This document shows positions 28,501 to 36,607 of a stretch of 64,000 bases of DNA, in pieces. The position numbers and the translations under genes are program-made. The stretch comes from Clostridiales bacterium (GTDB taxonomy: Bacteria > Bacillota > Desulfotomaculia > Desulfotomaculales > VENG01), in assembly GCA_021736985.1 (NCBI GenBank), contig JAIPEW010000005.1, forward strand, positions 26,413-90,412, given 5' to 3'. The first letter of the stretch is position 1, and every line of letters starts with the position of its first letter. The notes under the pieces were generated by a model. It was given only the letters and a program-made list of their open reading frames with translations, was not told the origin of the DNA and did no database searches.

Positions 28501-30140
28501 TCAGTTTTTAGCAGGATGTTCACATCAGTTATATTGGACAAATTTGTTATATCATCAAGGTTATTTGCAATTAGACCTACATAATTGTTGTTTTTATGTA
28601 ATAATGACATTTCATCCAGCATTTCTTCGTTTGATTTTACTGTATGCAAACCTAGTTCTTTTGCAATTATGCTAGTACTTTCATTATTATCTTTGTTCAT
28701 AACGTAGATAGATTTAATTCCCCGGGTTCTGATATTGTATATTGTTTCTTTTGCTTGATTAGATACAGAAGATTTAATACCAATTAAACCTATAAGTTCA
28801 CCTTCCTGATAGATATAGTAAGGACACTGGTAATGATGCTTTAATCTTTCTGCCTTGTAAAAGTTAAAATCGCATAAATCTATTTTAGAAGATATATACC
28901 TGTAGTCTCCTATCAATACTTCTTTGGAATATATTTCACCGCATATGCCGCTGCTGGTAATATCTTTAACAGTGACATGTTCCAGGTTTTGCACCTGTAT
29001 ACTGGAGGAAAATGCTTCATTAAGTGCATGTCCTGCTTTTTTAAAGAGTGAAGCAGCAATAGTTAAAACATCTTCTTCAGTATATCCTTGCAGAGGTATT
29101 ATTTTACCGATCTCGAGACCTGGGTCAAACATTTCTTGCTCTGTAAAAATTAATGTATCCACGTGCTCCAACACTTCCAGGGACTTTCTGTTATGTACTA
29201 AAATACCGTGTTTTGCTGCAAGGGCCATGCCTGAAGATATGGATGAGGAACGATAGAGTTGAAGTGGTCCTGGAGATGCAGCAATAAGCATTGCTAAACT
29301 TTTTTCAAAATTACGTGCTGCTAAACCAGCAAGACCGGCAAGTCCAAAATATACTGGCGTGATCTTTTGTGCATAATTTTCTGCTTCTTTCTCAAGTGGG
29401 GAAGCTGCAATTCTTCTATTTTTAGAATTAAATGTACTTATAGGTTTAGAACTAAATTTTACATTTTCAATTGTGTTGTCAGCATATTCTTCTGCAATAT
29501 CGCGCGTCTGTTTTACTAGTATAGATTGAAGTAAAGATCCCAGGTTAGAAAGCCAGATCACCAGCAGACCGGAAATATTCTCCCGCAGCAGTATAGTAAT
29601 CAAACTTGTTATACTAATAATTAGGTCATGATTAATTTGCTTTTTTCTGGTTAGAGCAGTAATCCCGCTGCGAATTATAGGATAGCCTGAAATTAATGTA
29701 GTTGCATTGGCTATGTAGGATAAGCTTGTAGACCGCGACAAAGATGAAGGTCCTGCGATCAAACGCTTTACAGTAAAACCAGCAAGTATAGTGCCGCCCA
29801 GAGTTACATTAAATAATTCTCGCCTTATTGGCAAATCTCCATATTCTTTCTCTACATGTTCTTTTTCGTTTTTAGAAACTGCTGTATCATTAGTAGATAG
29901 GCATAGATAATTTATTTCATTGATAATCAGATCATAGCTAATTAGATCCTTATTATAATGAATAAGCATACGACCTGAATTTATACTTCCTTTAACATCA
30001 GTTATACCATTCAAGCTAGATAGTTTATTTATTAAATGTGATAATAAGACTATATTTTTATTTAGACCTGGTATTTTAATACGTATTCTTTCAGGCAAAT
30101 TATGAACTACTTCTGGTGATGTGTTGTGTATTGCTTTCAT
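25509..30140 (-). CDS. tandem P-type ATPase (1,543 aa): degenerate P1B-like N-module fused to an intact P2A (Ca2+/cation-type) pump
   Basis: N-module (aa 1-~660): an HMA-like start VHNLPERIRIKIPGL without CxxC, AASPGP in place of the CPC helix, VDTLIFTEQEMF in place of DKTGT, and LIANNLDDITNL in place of GDGxND. C-module: TGES, ICTDKTGTLTQN, KGAPE, DPPR, MITGDH, GDGINDAPAVK and IPEGLP. Confidence 0.85.
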   Translation of the reverse strand: MKAIHNTSPEVVHNLPERIRIKIPGLNKNIVLLSHLINKLSSLNGITDVKGSINSGRMLIHYNKDLISYDLIINEINYLCLSTNDTAVSKNEKEHVEKEYGDLPIRRELFNVTLGGTILAGFTVKRLIAGPSSLSRSTSLSYIANATTLISGYPIIRSGITALTRKKQINHDLIISITSLITILLRENISGLLVIWLSNLGSLLQSILVKQTRDIAEEYADNTIENVKFSSKPISTFNSKNRRIAASPLEKEAENYAQKITPVYFGLAGLAGLAARNFEKSLAMLIAASPGPLQLYRSSSISSGMALAAKHGILVHNRKSLEVLEHVDTLIFTEQEMFDPGLEIGKIIPLQGYTEEDVLTIAASLFKKAGHALNEAFSSSIQVQNLEHVTVKDITSSGICGEIYSKEVLIGDYRYISSKIDLCDFNFYKAERLKHHYQCPYYIYQEGELIGLIGIKSSVSNQAKETIYNIRTRGIKSIYVMNKDNNESTSIIAKELGLHTVKSNEEMLDEMSLLHKNNNYVGLIANNLDDITNLSNITDVNILLKTEKTLSKLNSKTDIIVDNGIKNLPTAFKVSFHVGETTRQSFALSGGFNSFGLALAASSLISPLGAGLFNNVTSILITVHSLKLLKKLSNNTHKYYDNLAVKQYAAASDNTNDESIYTKPWAMMSREKVIDILNSSGSTGLDLQEVNSRLTLYGKNMLAEPPPPSFFSRVLAQLKDFLIYVLVGSSVVCLLLGEKGDALAIISIVIINAVLSAVQEHKAEGSLSALKKMTTSTAAVIRDGREQSIPAVELVPGDIIIIEQGNIVPADTRLIESNALEVEESALTGESYPVPKKISTENNCMYLLDCHNLTFMGTIITKGHGKGIVVGTGMDTELGHIAQMLNNNDNETTPLQKRLADLGKTILKGSTVVSGIVVIAGLMRGGSLLQMLITGVSLAVAAIPEGLPAIVTLALASGVHKMASANTIVRKLPAVETLGCATMICTDKTGTLTQNQQTIKLVYCGQNEWWSIEGDGYNPENGFIKPANGQDIHNQDNIYFTLCAAAQCCTSKIVKNDNEWEVKGDPTEGAILTAAGRAGINLNNLNEEYMPVREIPFDSEKCKMTQICRGPKNQYIAFTKGAPEVILENCTHYRAENNKNLLDNEYYQSIVEANNYMTTRGMRVLGVAYKILPEAFENNVEKNEETEQVFLGLIGMTDPPRPEVTHALNKCKQAGIGVAMITGDHKQTAFAIGSELGLVNSSNEVLTGKEIDEMDENDLINVIHKVRVFARLYPNQKVLIINTFKQQGHIVGMIGDGINDAPAVKEADIGIAMGKSGTDVTKQAAQIIITDDYFGTAVTAVEQGRGIYENIKKSIRYLLATNVGEIILMFTAVAGGLPLPLLPIQLLWLNMLGDGLPALALSIDKFPPDLIKQPPRDKDEAFIDKKTRNQIISRGLTIGITGIGAYMWGLNRYNLSTARSMTLSSITLSQLLHVLDCRKNKDNKTSSNLYVGSAVASSAGLLFSAIHLPAGQRIFGTCSLDPSQWGVVFVSSIMSQGLDILNK

Positions 30141-30166
30141 CTATCGTCCTCCAATAATTTTAATTT

Positions 30167-30213
30167 AAAAAAAACTTATAACTTAAGCTGTTTAATGCAG
30201 CTTAAGTTATGAG
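30167..30213 (-). terminator. strong intrinsic terminator between the small membrane-protein gene and the ATPase start
   Basis: Minus strand: ctcataacttaagctg-cattaaa-cagcttaagttataag followed by U8. It is a 16-bp stem with one G-U pair. The upstream TAA stop (30207-30209) lies in the 5' arm. The ATPase ATG is 27 nt after the U-run. Confidence 0.75.
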
Positions 30214-30569
30214 TTTTTTTCTTCAGCAGCTTCTGCCTTGATTGCTTGCAATTCTTCCCTGGTTTCTTCAAACAGTTTAGCCAGCTCTTTTTTTGTTTGT
30301 TCTAATTCATCCTCAACATTTGTTCCTGCGTAATTTCTTTTATCAAATTCAAATGTTTCCGGTCTATTTTCCTGTTTGGACCTTATCTCTTGTACTAAAT
30401 TGTTCCAACCTTCGGACATCTGTTTTCCAGTAGATCTGACCTTTTCGTTAACAGTTAGAGTACCTTCTGCTGTTAATAAAGCAAGTCCCCGAACCCTTCT
30501 TTTGATAAATGGGATTCCAGCACCAATTAAAGTGCCTGCTGCCAGATATCCCAGTGGATATGGATTCAT
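30207..30569 (-). CDS. small membrane protein (120 aa; glycine-zipper TM helix plus amphipathic/acidic tail, YtxH-like architecture)
   Basis: The internal ATG at 30569 (MNPYPLGYLAAGTLIGAGIPFI) has AGAGGTG 6 nt upstream; the track start is 30614. It is a paralogue of the C-half of 24600-25226. Confidence 0.65.
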   Translation of the reverse strand: MNPYPLGYLAAGTLIGAGIPFIKRRVRGLALLTAEGTLTVNEKVRSTGKQMSEGWNNLVQEIRSKQENRPETFEFDKRNYAGTNVEDELEQTKKELAKLFEETREELQAIKAEAAEEKNS

Positions 30570-30862
30570 GTAAACACCTCTTTTTTTAATTTTACATATA
30601 AATAATTTTGTCATTTATCTTTTTTTATTATACAGGAAAGATATTTAAAAGTTGTAAAAATTTATATGTAAACAGGGTTATATAATATATAAATTATAAA
30701 AATTACTTGTAATAAAATAATAAAGTTATTAAAATATCTAATAGAAACATTAACAAAATGTTAGGTGGATTTTTTACTATAGGATTGTGAAAGTTCAAAC
30801 ATATGTTAAATACTCATACAGATAAGCTCCGGCTTTTTACTGTATTAAAGGGGGAAGTTGTT

Positions 30863-31108
30863 ATGCCTTTAGAAAACGTTAAAAACGCGATAGATAATCT
30901 TAATATGGATGAACTCTGGCGCCTGGCTTTAGAACATCCACGCGGTGTTTTAAATAAGATATCTGCGCGGCAGCTTGGAAAAAGGCGCATAGAAAAACTT
31001 TATACATATGTTAGTGCTATGGATACTGAAAAATTGAAAGAAACACATGCATTTGAACTGCTCTTATATATTTGTGCTGAAAAGGAAATGAATAATCAAA
31101 ATAATTAG
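30863..31108 (+). CDS. hypothetical protein (81 aa)
   Basis: The ATG at 30863 follows AAGGGGGAAG. No motif recognised. Confidence 0.45.
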   Translation: MPLENVKNAIDNLNMDELWRLALEHPRGVLNKISARQLGKRRIEKLYTYVSAMDTEKLKETHAFELLLYICAEKEMNNQNN

Positions 31109-31149
31109 TAAGAATAAATCAAAATAAATACTATGTCTAATTGTCTAAC

Positions 31150-31178
31150 AAAAAAACCGGTCGCTGACCGGTTTTTTA
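31150..31178. terminator. bidirectional terminator
   Basis: aaaaaaaccggtcgctgaccggtttttt. Confidence 0.75.
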
Positions 31179-31213
31179 AAACTATTTTAATATATATTTT
31201 ATTAAAATATATA

Positions 31214-31747
31214 TTAAAGCATATTTTGCAGTTGTTTACGAGATATCCATACTTCTGTAAGTTCTCTATGTATTCTAGTGCGCGCAAAGGGTAAGGCATA
31301 AGTTCTTGCCAGTAGATATTCCCATGATGCTATAAAAGAGTTAACGGGATTTCGGGGAAGTTTTCTAACATGAAATCCCAATCTTTTTGCTCCTGCACTT
31401 GCTACAGTAATACTATAAATACCAGTAACTGGTGTTAATTCTGTATTTTCTTCAATCTCTTTTGCCAGTAGATACAGTTCATTTTTCAGTACGTGAAGCA
31501 TGCTCCATTCAGTGGATTTTTTATGTTCTGAAATATGTTTTAATTTTAAATTAGCTAAATGTATTTCTCCCACTTTGCTGCCAGGCATAATTTCCGTTCC
31601 ATCCGGCAGAGTAAAAGGCTTACCCCGGTATTTGTGATAGCCAACAAGGATTATTCCGCAGGCATCGGAATGTACGGGATGGGTGCGTTTGATAAAAGAA
31701 AAAAATTTTTCCCACGGAAGTAATATAAGTGCTGCCCATCTATTCAA
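31214..31747 (-). CDS. conserved hypothetical protein, possibly YkoP-like, translationally coupled to the deacetylase
   Basis: 4-bp ATGA-type overlap with the upstream gene. The family assignment is from memory of B. subtilis ykoN-ykoP context only. Confidence 0.4.
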   Translation of the reverse strand: MNRWAALILLPWEKFFSFIKRTHPVHSDACGIILVGYHKYRGKPFTLPDGTEIMPGSKVGEIHLANLKLKHISEHKKSTEWSMLHVLKNELYLLAKEIEENTELTPVTGIYSITVASAGAKRLGFHVRKLPRNPVNSFIASWEYLLARTYALPFARTRIHRELTEVWISRKQLQNML

Positions 31748-32451
31748 TATTTTTCCTCCTCAAATAACCCGTCTAGTGTAACTAATTCCCACCCGTTTAT
31801 TTTACAAAAATCTAATATTATAGGTAGAGCTTGAAGCATAGTTTGTGTAGAGCCCCGGGCATAGTTATGATCGTGTAATAGTACTATAATTCCAGGTTTT
31901 AAATTTTTACATATTCTTTTTACGATGTATTGGGAAGTTATATTGTGTATCCAATCCTTGCCGGCAATAGACCATAGAACTGTCTTTTGACCGAAACGAC
32001 CGGGCCAAAAAACGGTTCCCATATTAAAACATCCCCAGGGCGGCCTGTACCACCTGGGTGTGTCTCCCGTAATAGCTTTTAATGTTTTCTTGCATTTTTT
32101 CAAGTCTAATGCTACACCCCAGGGTGTAACTAACCAGGGATGACGGTGTTTCCAAGTATGTATGCCAATAGTGTGACCGGCGTTATAAGCTTGCTGCACT
32201 AAATCTGGGTACTTTTGGGCTGATTTTCCTACCACAAAAAAAGTTGCTTTTGCCTTGTAGTCTGTCAGAATGTTTAAAAGGTGTGGGGTAAAGTAAGGAT
32301 CGGGACCGTCGTCAAAAGTTAAAGCTACAGCAGGTTTATCGGGCCCGCGGCGTATAATAGAAGGAGACTGCTTGTGTGCAAAAAAACTAGCTCCAGCAGT
32401 ATATATCATGTATGCAAATGTTAAGTTTAAGAAGTTAGACAATATTATCAC
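31744..32451 (-). CDS. polysaccharide deacetylase (NodB homology domain)
   Basis: LTFDDGPDP, HTWKH and RPPWG motifs. Confidence 0.85.
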   Translation of the reverse strand: MIILSNFLNLTFAYMIYTAGASFFAHKQSPSIIRRGPDKPAVALTFDDGPDPYFTPHLLNILTDYKAKATFFVVGKSAQKYPDLVQQAYNAGHTIGIHTWKHRHPWLVTPWGVALDLKKCKKTLKAITGDTPRWYRPPWGCFNMGTVFWPGRFGQKTVLWSIAGKDWIHNITSQYIVKRICKNLKPGIIVLLHDHNYARGSTQTMLQALPIILDFCKINGWELVTLDGLFEEEKY

Positions 32452-32484
32452 CTATCATAGCTGACAACTAATATCTGAAAAATA

Positions 32485-33672
32485 TTAAGTTGTCTGGGCT
32501 ATATGGTATTCTTCTTCATCAGATTTTTTTTTAGCATCGGCCATTTCTAATACTAGATTAACTGTGTCATTTACAGCGTTAGGTTTAGAATGCAATAGGG
32601 CCGCATCACTCATTTTTTTTAATGATGCAGGAGTTTTATATAAGTATTGGACAGTATTAACCAGGTCTTTTGTATTTTTAAAAGATTTTCCTGCACCAAT
32701 ATTGATTAAGAAGTTCGTATTTCCCTCTTCTTGTCCTGGAATAGGACGGTAAACTAATAGAGGTAAACCCTTGGATAGTGCTTCGTAAACAGTAATACCT
32801 CCAGCTTTGGAAATTAAAAGGTTGGAAACTTGCATTAAGTCTGCAATTTTTTCGGTAAAGCCTAATACATGCATCTTATTTCTAAACCGGTACTTAAGGT
32901 TTTGCATGCGTTTTAAAAGCATTCGATTGTGTCCGCAAACAATTATTATTTGTATATCTTCCGGCAAATTTCCAAGGAGCTGGCAAATCTTGGATTCTTT
33001 ACCCAGCATACCGTAAGCGCCGCCCATCAAGAGTACAGTAAATTTGTTAGATAAACCAAAATTTTGTCTTATTTGCTCGCAACTGCAGTTTTTACTAAAG
33101 CTTGGCCTGAGGGGGATGCCTAGTGGGTGAATACAAGATGTAGGAATATTCCTATCAATCAACTTATTAATTGAATACTTATCAGGTATGATATAAATGT
33201 CAGTATGGGGATGAATCCACTGCGAGTGGATTATAACATCTGTAATAATAGTTATTACTTTAGGTACGTCCTTACCTCTTTCGCTTAAAGCAGATAATAC
33301 CCCGGCAGGGGTAGGAAATGTACAAATAATAATACAAGGTTTAATGTCTTGTATAAGTTTTGCAAGACGTTCATGTCCCAGGTTGTCTAACCAGTGCTGC
33401 ACCGGGGAATCAGGTTTTATTGAACCAGTTAGTTTAAAAAATACCCGGTAAGCGTTAGGGAAATAACGAACTATTTTTATAAAACTTTTTTTAGTAACGT
33501 GATTAACGCGCGGTGCCAGAAAGTTAAAAAAGTCTTTTATTTCTACGCTTAAATCAGTTCTGTATGCATTAATGATGTCTTTAACAGCGTGGGCAACAAG
33601 GTTATGCCCGGCTCCGTAATTAGCGGATAATATAAGAATATCATAATGCGATTGAGTCCTCAATAGAAACAC
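32485..33672 (-). CDS. MGDG-synthase-family glycosyltransferase (UgtP/YkoN-like diacylglycerol glycosyltransferase, GT28)
   Basis: N-terminal ILSANYGAGHNLVAHAV and a C-terminal GT-B motif SKAGGITVYEALSKGLPLLVYRPIPGQEEGN. Confidence 0.8.
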   Translation of the reverse strand: MFLLRTQSHYDILILSANYGAGHNLVAHAVKDIINAYRTDLSVEIKDFFNFLAPRVNHVTKKSFIKIVRYFPNAYRVFFKLTGSIKPDSPVQHWLDNLGHERLAKLIQDIKPCIIICTFPTPAGVLSALSERGKDVPKVITIITDVIIHSQWIHPHTDIYIIPDKYSINKLIDRNIPTSCIHPLGIPLRPSFSKNCSCEQIRQNFGLSNKFTVLLMGGAYGMLGKESKICQLLGNLPEDIQIIIVCGHNRMLLKRMQNLKYRFRNKMHVLGFTEKIADLMQVSNLLISKAGGITVYEALSKGLPLLVYRPIPGQEEGNTNFLINIGAGKSFKNTKDLVNTVQYLYKTPASLKKMSDAALLHSKPNAVNDTVNLVLEMADAKKKSDEEEYHIAQTT

Positions 33673-33910
33673 CCCTCTTATAAGGTTCAGCTTTTATTAT
33701 ACTACGTTGACCTGATAACCTTAAAGTAGGGATATTAACTTGTTCTAAAAAATTAAACCAAAAGCCTGCTGTTACCCTTTGAGTAAGCGGAAGCAGATAT
33801 ATTTTTATTTTAGTAAATGTATATCAAGTTTAAGCAAAGATTGTTTTAAGATTTTTTTTGTTTTAATTAATATTGATTACTTGTAAAACCATAAGTATTT
33901 TACTGCGGAA

Positions 33911-33941
33911 ATAAATACCCGGTGGGTAAAGTTCACCGGGA
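33911..33941 (-). terminator. terminator after the NifX-like gene
   Basis: Minus strand: cccggtg-aactttac-ccaccggg followed by a U-rich tail. Confidence 0.55.
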
Positions 33942-33951
33942 GTAGAAATTT

Positions 33952-34263
33952 TTATTGTTTTTTGGAATTTCCGATATATTCTTCAACCGCGTTGGAAACT
34001 GCGCCCTTATATCCATCAATAACTTTTAATTGCTGTTTAATAAAACTCTCGTATGCACGCCTGCCAATACGATTTACTAAAGTTATTTCTACGCCTTCAT
34101 TGCGAAGGACTATGGCTATATCATGATAATTTTTTTCATGGCTTACGTCGAGAACATCAATAAGATTATAATTATTACCATTAATAGTAAATATGCTATA
34201 CTTAGTAAATTGATTTAACTGGGGACTTATAAATCCCTGTTTATTAGGAACAGCAATTTTCAT
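33952..34263 (-). CDS. NifB/NifX-family (dinitrogenase Fe-Mo cofactor-binding-like) small protein
   Basis: 103 aa. It starts MKIAVPNKQG and has the size and pattern typical of the family, but the usual HFG motif is not present. Confidence 0.5.
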   Translation of the reverse strand: MKIAVPNKQGFISPQLNQFTKYSIFTINGNNYNLIDVLDVSHEKNYHDIAIVLRNEGVEITLVNRIGRRAYESFIKQQLKVIDGYKGAVSNAVEEYIGNSKKQ

Positions 34264-34387
34264 AATGCCAGCTCCTTTTACTTAACATATGTTCATAATA
34301 AAATTTACCAGAGTTATAAACCTGTGTCAAAAAAATTTTTACAATTTTAAATTTTTATTAACATACTGTTATGTAATTTTGTAATGC

Positions 34388-34430
34388 AAGCCGCGAAGAA
34401 TACGGTTTTTCGTGGCTTTATTTTATTATT
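34388..34430 (+). terminator. orphan plus-strand intrinsic-terminator-like hairpin in the leader of the BtuF-like operon
   Basis: aagccgcgaa-gaatacggttt-ttcgtggctt followed by tattttatt. There is no plus-strand gene upstream, and it lies 130 nt before the 34562 start. Confidence 0.45.
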
Positions 34431-34561
34431 AGTTACTGAGCTATTTTAGACGCATAAAATTAATACTTATAATTAATGTAATAAAGTTTGATAATTTATC
34501 CTCAAGTGATAAAATACTAGCATTAGAGGAACTTTTATAAAATACAGGAGGGAAGTTTAAC

Positions 34562-35503
34562 TTGTTATCAGGAATTGGAAAATTATACAAAATGTTTGTG
34601 GTTTTGTTAATGCTGGTTATTATATTATTGTCAGGATGTGGTCAAACAGAGATAAGTACGAGTAATTCTGAATTTCCAATGACTTTTATAGATGACTTGG
34701 ATAGAAAAGTAACGATTAATAAAGTTCCTCAGCGAATAGTATCTTTAGCTCCTGCTAATACAGAAAATCTTTTTTCTTTAGGACTGGGTGATAAAATTGT
34801 TGGAGTTACCAGGTTTTGTAATTATCCACCTGAAGCGAAAGAAAAGCCTGTAATCGGTGGGTTTTCTAAGCCTAATGCTGAGCTTGTAGTTGCTGCAAAC
34901 CCTGACCTGGTAGTGGCTACTAATAGACATAAGGAATTTATTAATCAACTAGAATCTAGTGGAATTAAGGTAATTTCAATTGAAGGTTATGAATTAACTA
35001 AAATTTTAGATAATATTAAACTGATTGGTAAAATTACTGGAAAGTCAAAAAAGGCAGAAGAGTTAGTATCTGATATGCAGAAGCGTATTGATAGGGTTGT
35101 TGTTAAGGTAAAAAATCTTTCTCAAGAAGAAAAACCTTCTGTATATTTTGAGATATGGCCTGATCCTCTTACCACGGGTGGGGCAAAAAGCCTTTTAAAC
35201 AATTTAATTGAAACGGCAGGAGGAAAAAATATCGTTGGGGACGTGGAAAAAGATTGGGTGACTCTTAATCCTGAAGTGTTACTGGCAGAAAATCCTAAAG
35301 TTGTAATCATATCTCATCACGGGGCGTCTAAAAAAACATTGTCCCAGGTGAAGGCTCGAGAAGGTTGGAAGAGAATAGAAGCAATTAAAAACAATCGCGT
35401 ATATTATATTGAGGACAAGGATATTGTCCATCTTGCAGGACCCCGGATAGTGGATGGCTTGGAAGTTGTAGCAAAATGTATTCACCCTAAACTTTTTGAG
35501 TAA
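34562..35503 (+). CDS. ABC transporter substrate-binding lipoprotein, BtuF/cobalamin-siderophore (Peripla_BP_2) family
   Basis: Lipobox LLSGCGQ. RIVSLAPANTENLFSLGLGDKIVGVTRFCNYPPEA is the classic BtuF-like N-lobe. Confidence 0.8.
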   Translation: MLSGIGKLYKMFVVLLMLVIILLSGCGQTEISTSNSEFPMTFIDDLDRKVTINKVPQRIVSLAPANTENLFSLGLGDKIVGVTRFCNYPPEAKEKPVIGGFSKPNAELVVAANPDLVVATNRHKEFINQLESSGIKVISIEGYELTKILDNIKLIGKITGKSKKAEELVSDMQKRIDRVVVKVKNLSQEEKPSVYFEIWPDPLTTGGAKSLLNNLIETAGGKNIVGDVEKDWVTLNPEVLLAENPKVVIISHHGASKKTLSQVKAREGWKRIEAIKNNRVYYIEDKDIVHLAGPRIVDGLEVVAKCIHPKLFE

Positions 35504-35521
35504 CAATAGGAGGCACCTTTT

Positions 35522-36565
35522 TTGAATTTTCGATGGCGTTGGAGAATTGTATTTTCTTTGTTGTTTGCTGCACTGGTATTTACAGTAATTTTTTGCACGG
35601 CCATAGGTCCGGTCTCGATAGGATTCTTTACTGTAGTAAAAATAATAATTAATAGTTTGCCGGGGGCTAAAAATTTTATGCCAGCTGAAAATTGGCCGAT
35701 TACTTATGAAACTATAGTGTTTAATTTACGATTAGCAAGGGTGATTTTAGCTCTATTAGTTGGTGCTGCACTAGCAACTTCGGGAGTGGTTTTGCAAGGA
35801 CTCTTGCAAAATCCAATGGGAGATCCCTACATATTAGGTATTTCTTCTGGTGCAGCTTTAGGGGCTACAACAGCGATACTGTTTGGACTGGGGAATTACA
35901 TGTTAGGTATTTTCACCATACCTGCAATGGCTTTTTTAGGAGGGGCAGGTACTACTTTTGTAGTGTATAATATTGCTAAGGTAGGTAACCGGGTATCAAT
36001 GTCAACTCTATTGCTGGCAGGTATTGCTGTAGGTTCTTTTCTTTCTGCTGTTGCTTCTTTAACTATGGTAATAAGTGGTGAAAATTTACACCAGGTGATT
36101 TTTTGGTTAATGGGTGGATTATCCAATCGCGGTTGGAAGCATGTAATGATTTTATTACCCTATATTATAATTGGTATTATTCCCATGATTTTATATTCTA
36201 GAGATTTAAATGTTATGCTGTTAGGCGAAGAATCTGCTCAACATATGGGAGTAGAGGTGGAAAAGTTAAAAAAAATAATGTTGGGAGTTGCTGCGCTTGT
36301 GACAGCTTCTGCCGTATCTGTTAGCGGTATTATTGGATTTGTAGGTTTAATAATTCCTCATATCGTCAGGTTGTTGGTTGGTCCTGATCATCGTGTTCTT
36401 TTACCAGCTTCAGCTCTTTTAGGTGCAATTTTTCTTGCCGTTGCAGATACCCTGGCCAGAGTAGTTGCAGCACCATTAGAAATACCTGTTGGGATAATTA
36501 CAGCATTATGTGGAGGTCCTTTTTTTTTATATTTGCTTAGAAAAAAGAAAAACCCGGGATTTTAG
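35522..36565 (+). CDS. FecCD/BtuC-family ABC permease
   Basis: Polytopic protein with LLVGAALA..SG, GDPYILGISSGA and GIITALCGGPFFLYLL. Confidence 0.88.
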   Translation: MNFRWRWRIVFSLLFAALVFTVIFCTAIGPVSIGFFTVVKIIINSLPGAKNFMPAENWPITYETIVFNLRLARVILALLVGAALATSGVVLQGLLQNPMGDPYILGISSGAALGATTAILFGLGNYMLGIFTIPAMAFLGGAGTTFVVYNIAKVGNRVSMSTLLLAGIAVGSFLSAVASLTMVISGENLHQVIFWLMGGLSNRGWKHVMILLPYIIIGIIPMILYSRDLNVMLLGEESAQHMGVEVEKLKKIMLGVAALVTASAVSVSGIIGFVGLIIPHIVRLLVGPDHRVLLPASALLGAIFLAVADTLARVVAAPLEIPVGIITALCGGPFFLYLLRKKKNPGF

Positions 36566-36607
36566 GTTAATATATGTTTAATGCAGAGAATAATGGGGGT
36601 AAACAAT

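Noticed and set aside
34264-34561. A cobalamin riboswitch was expected upstream of the BtuF-like operon.
   Set aside because: No GCCACTG or AGCCAG-AGACCTGCC blocks are present on either strand.
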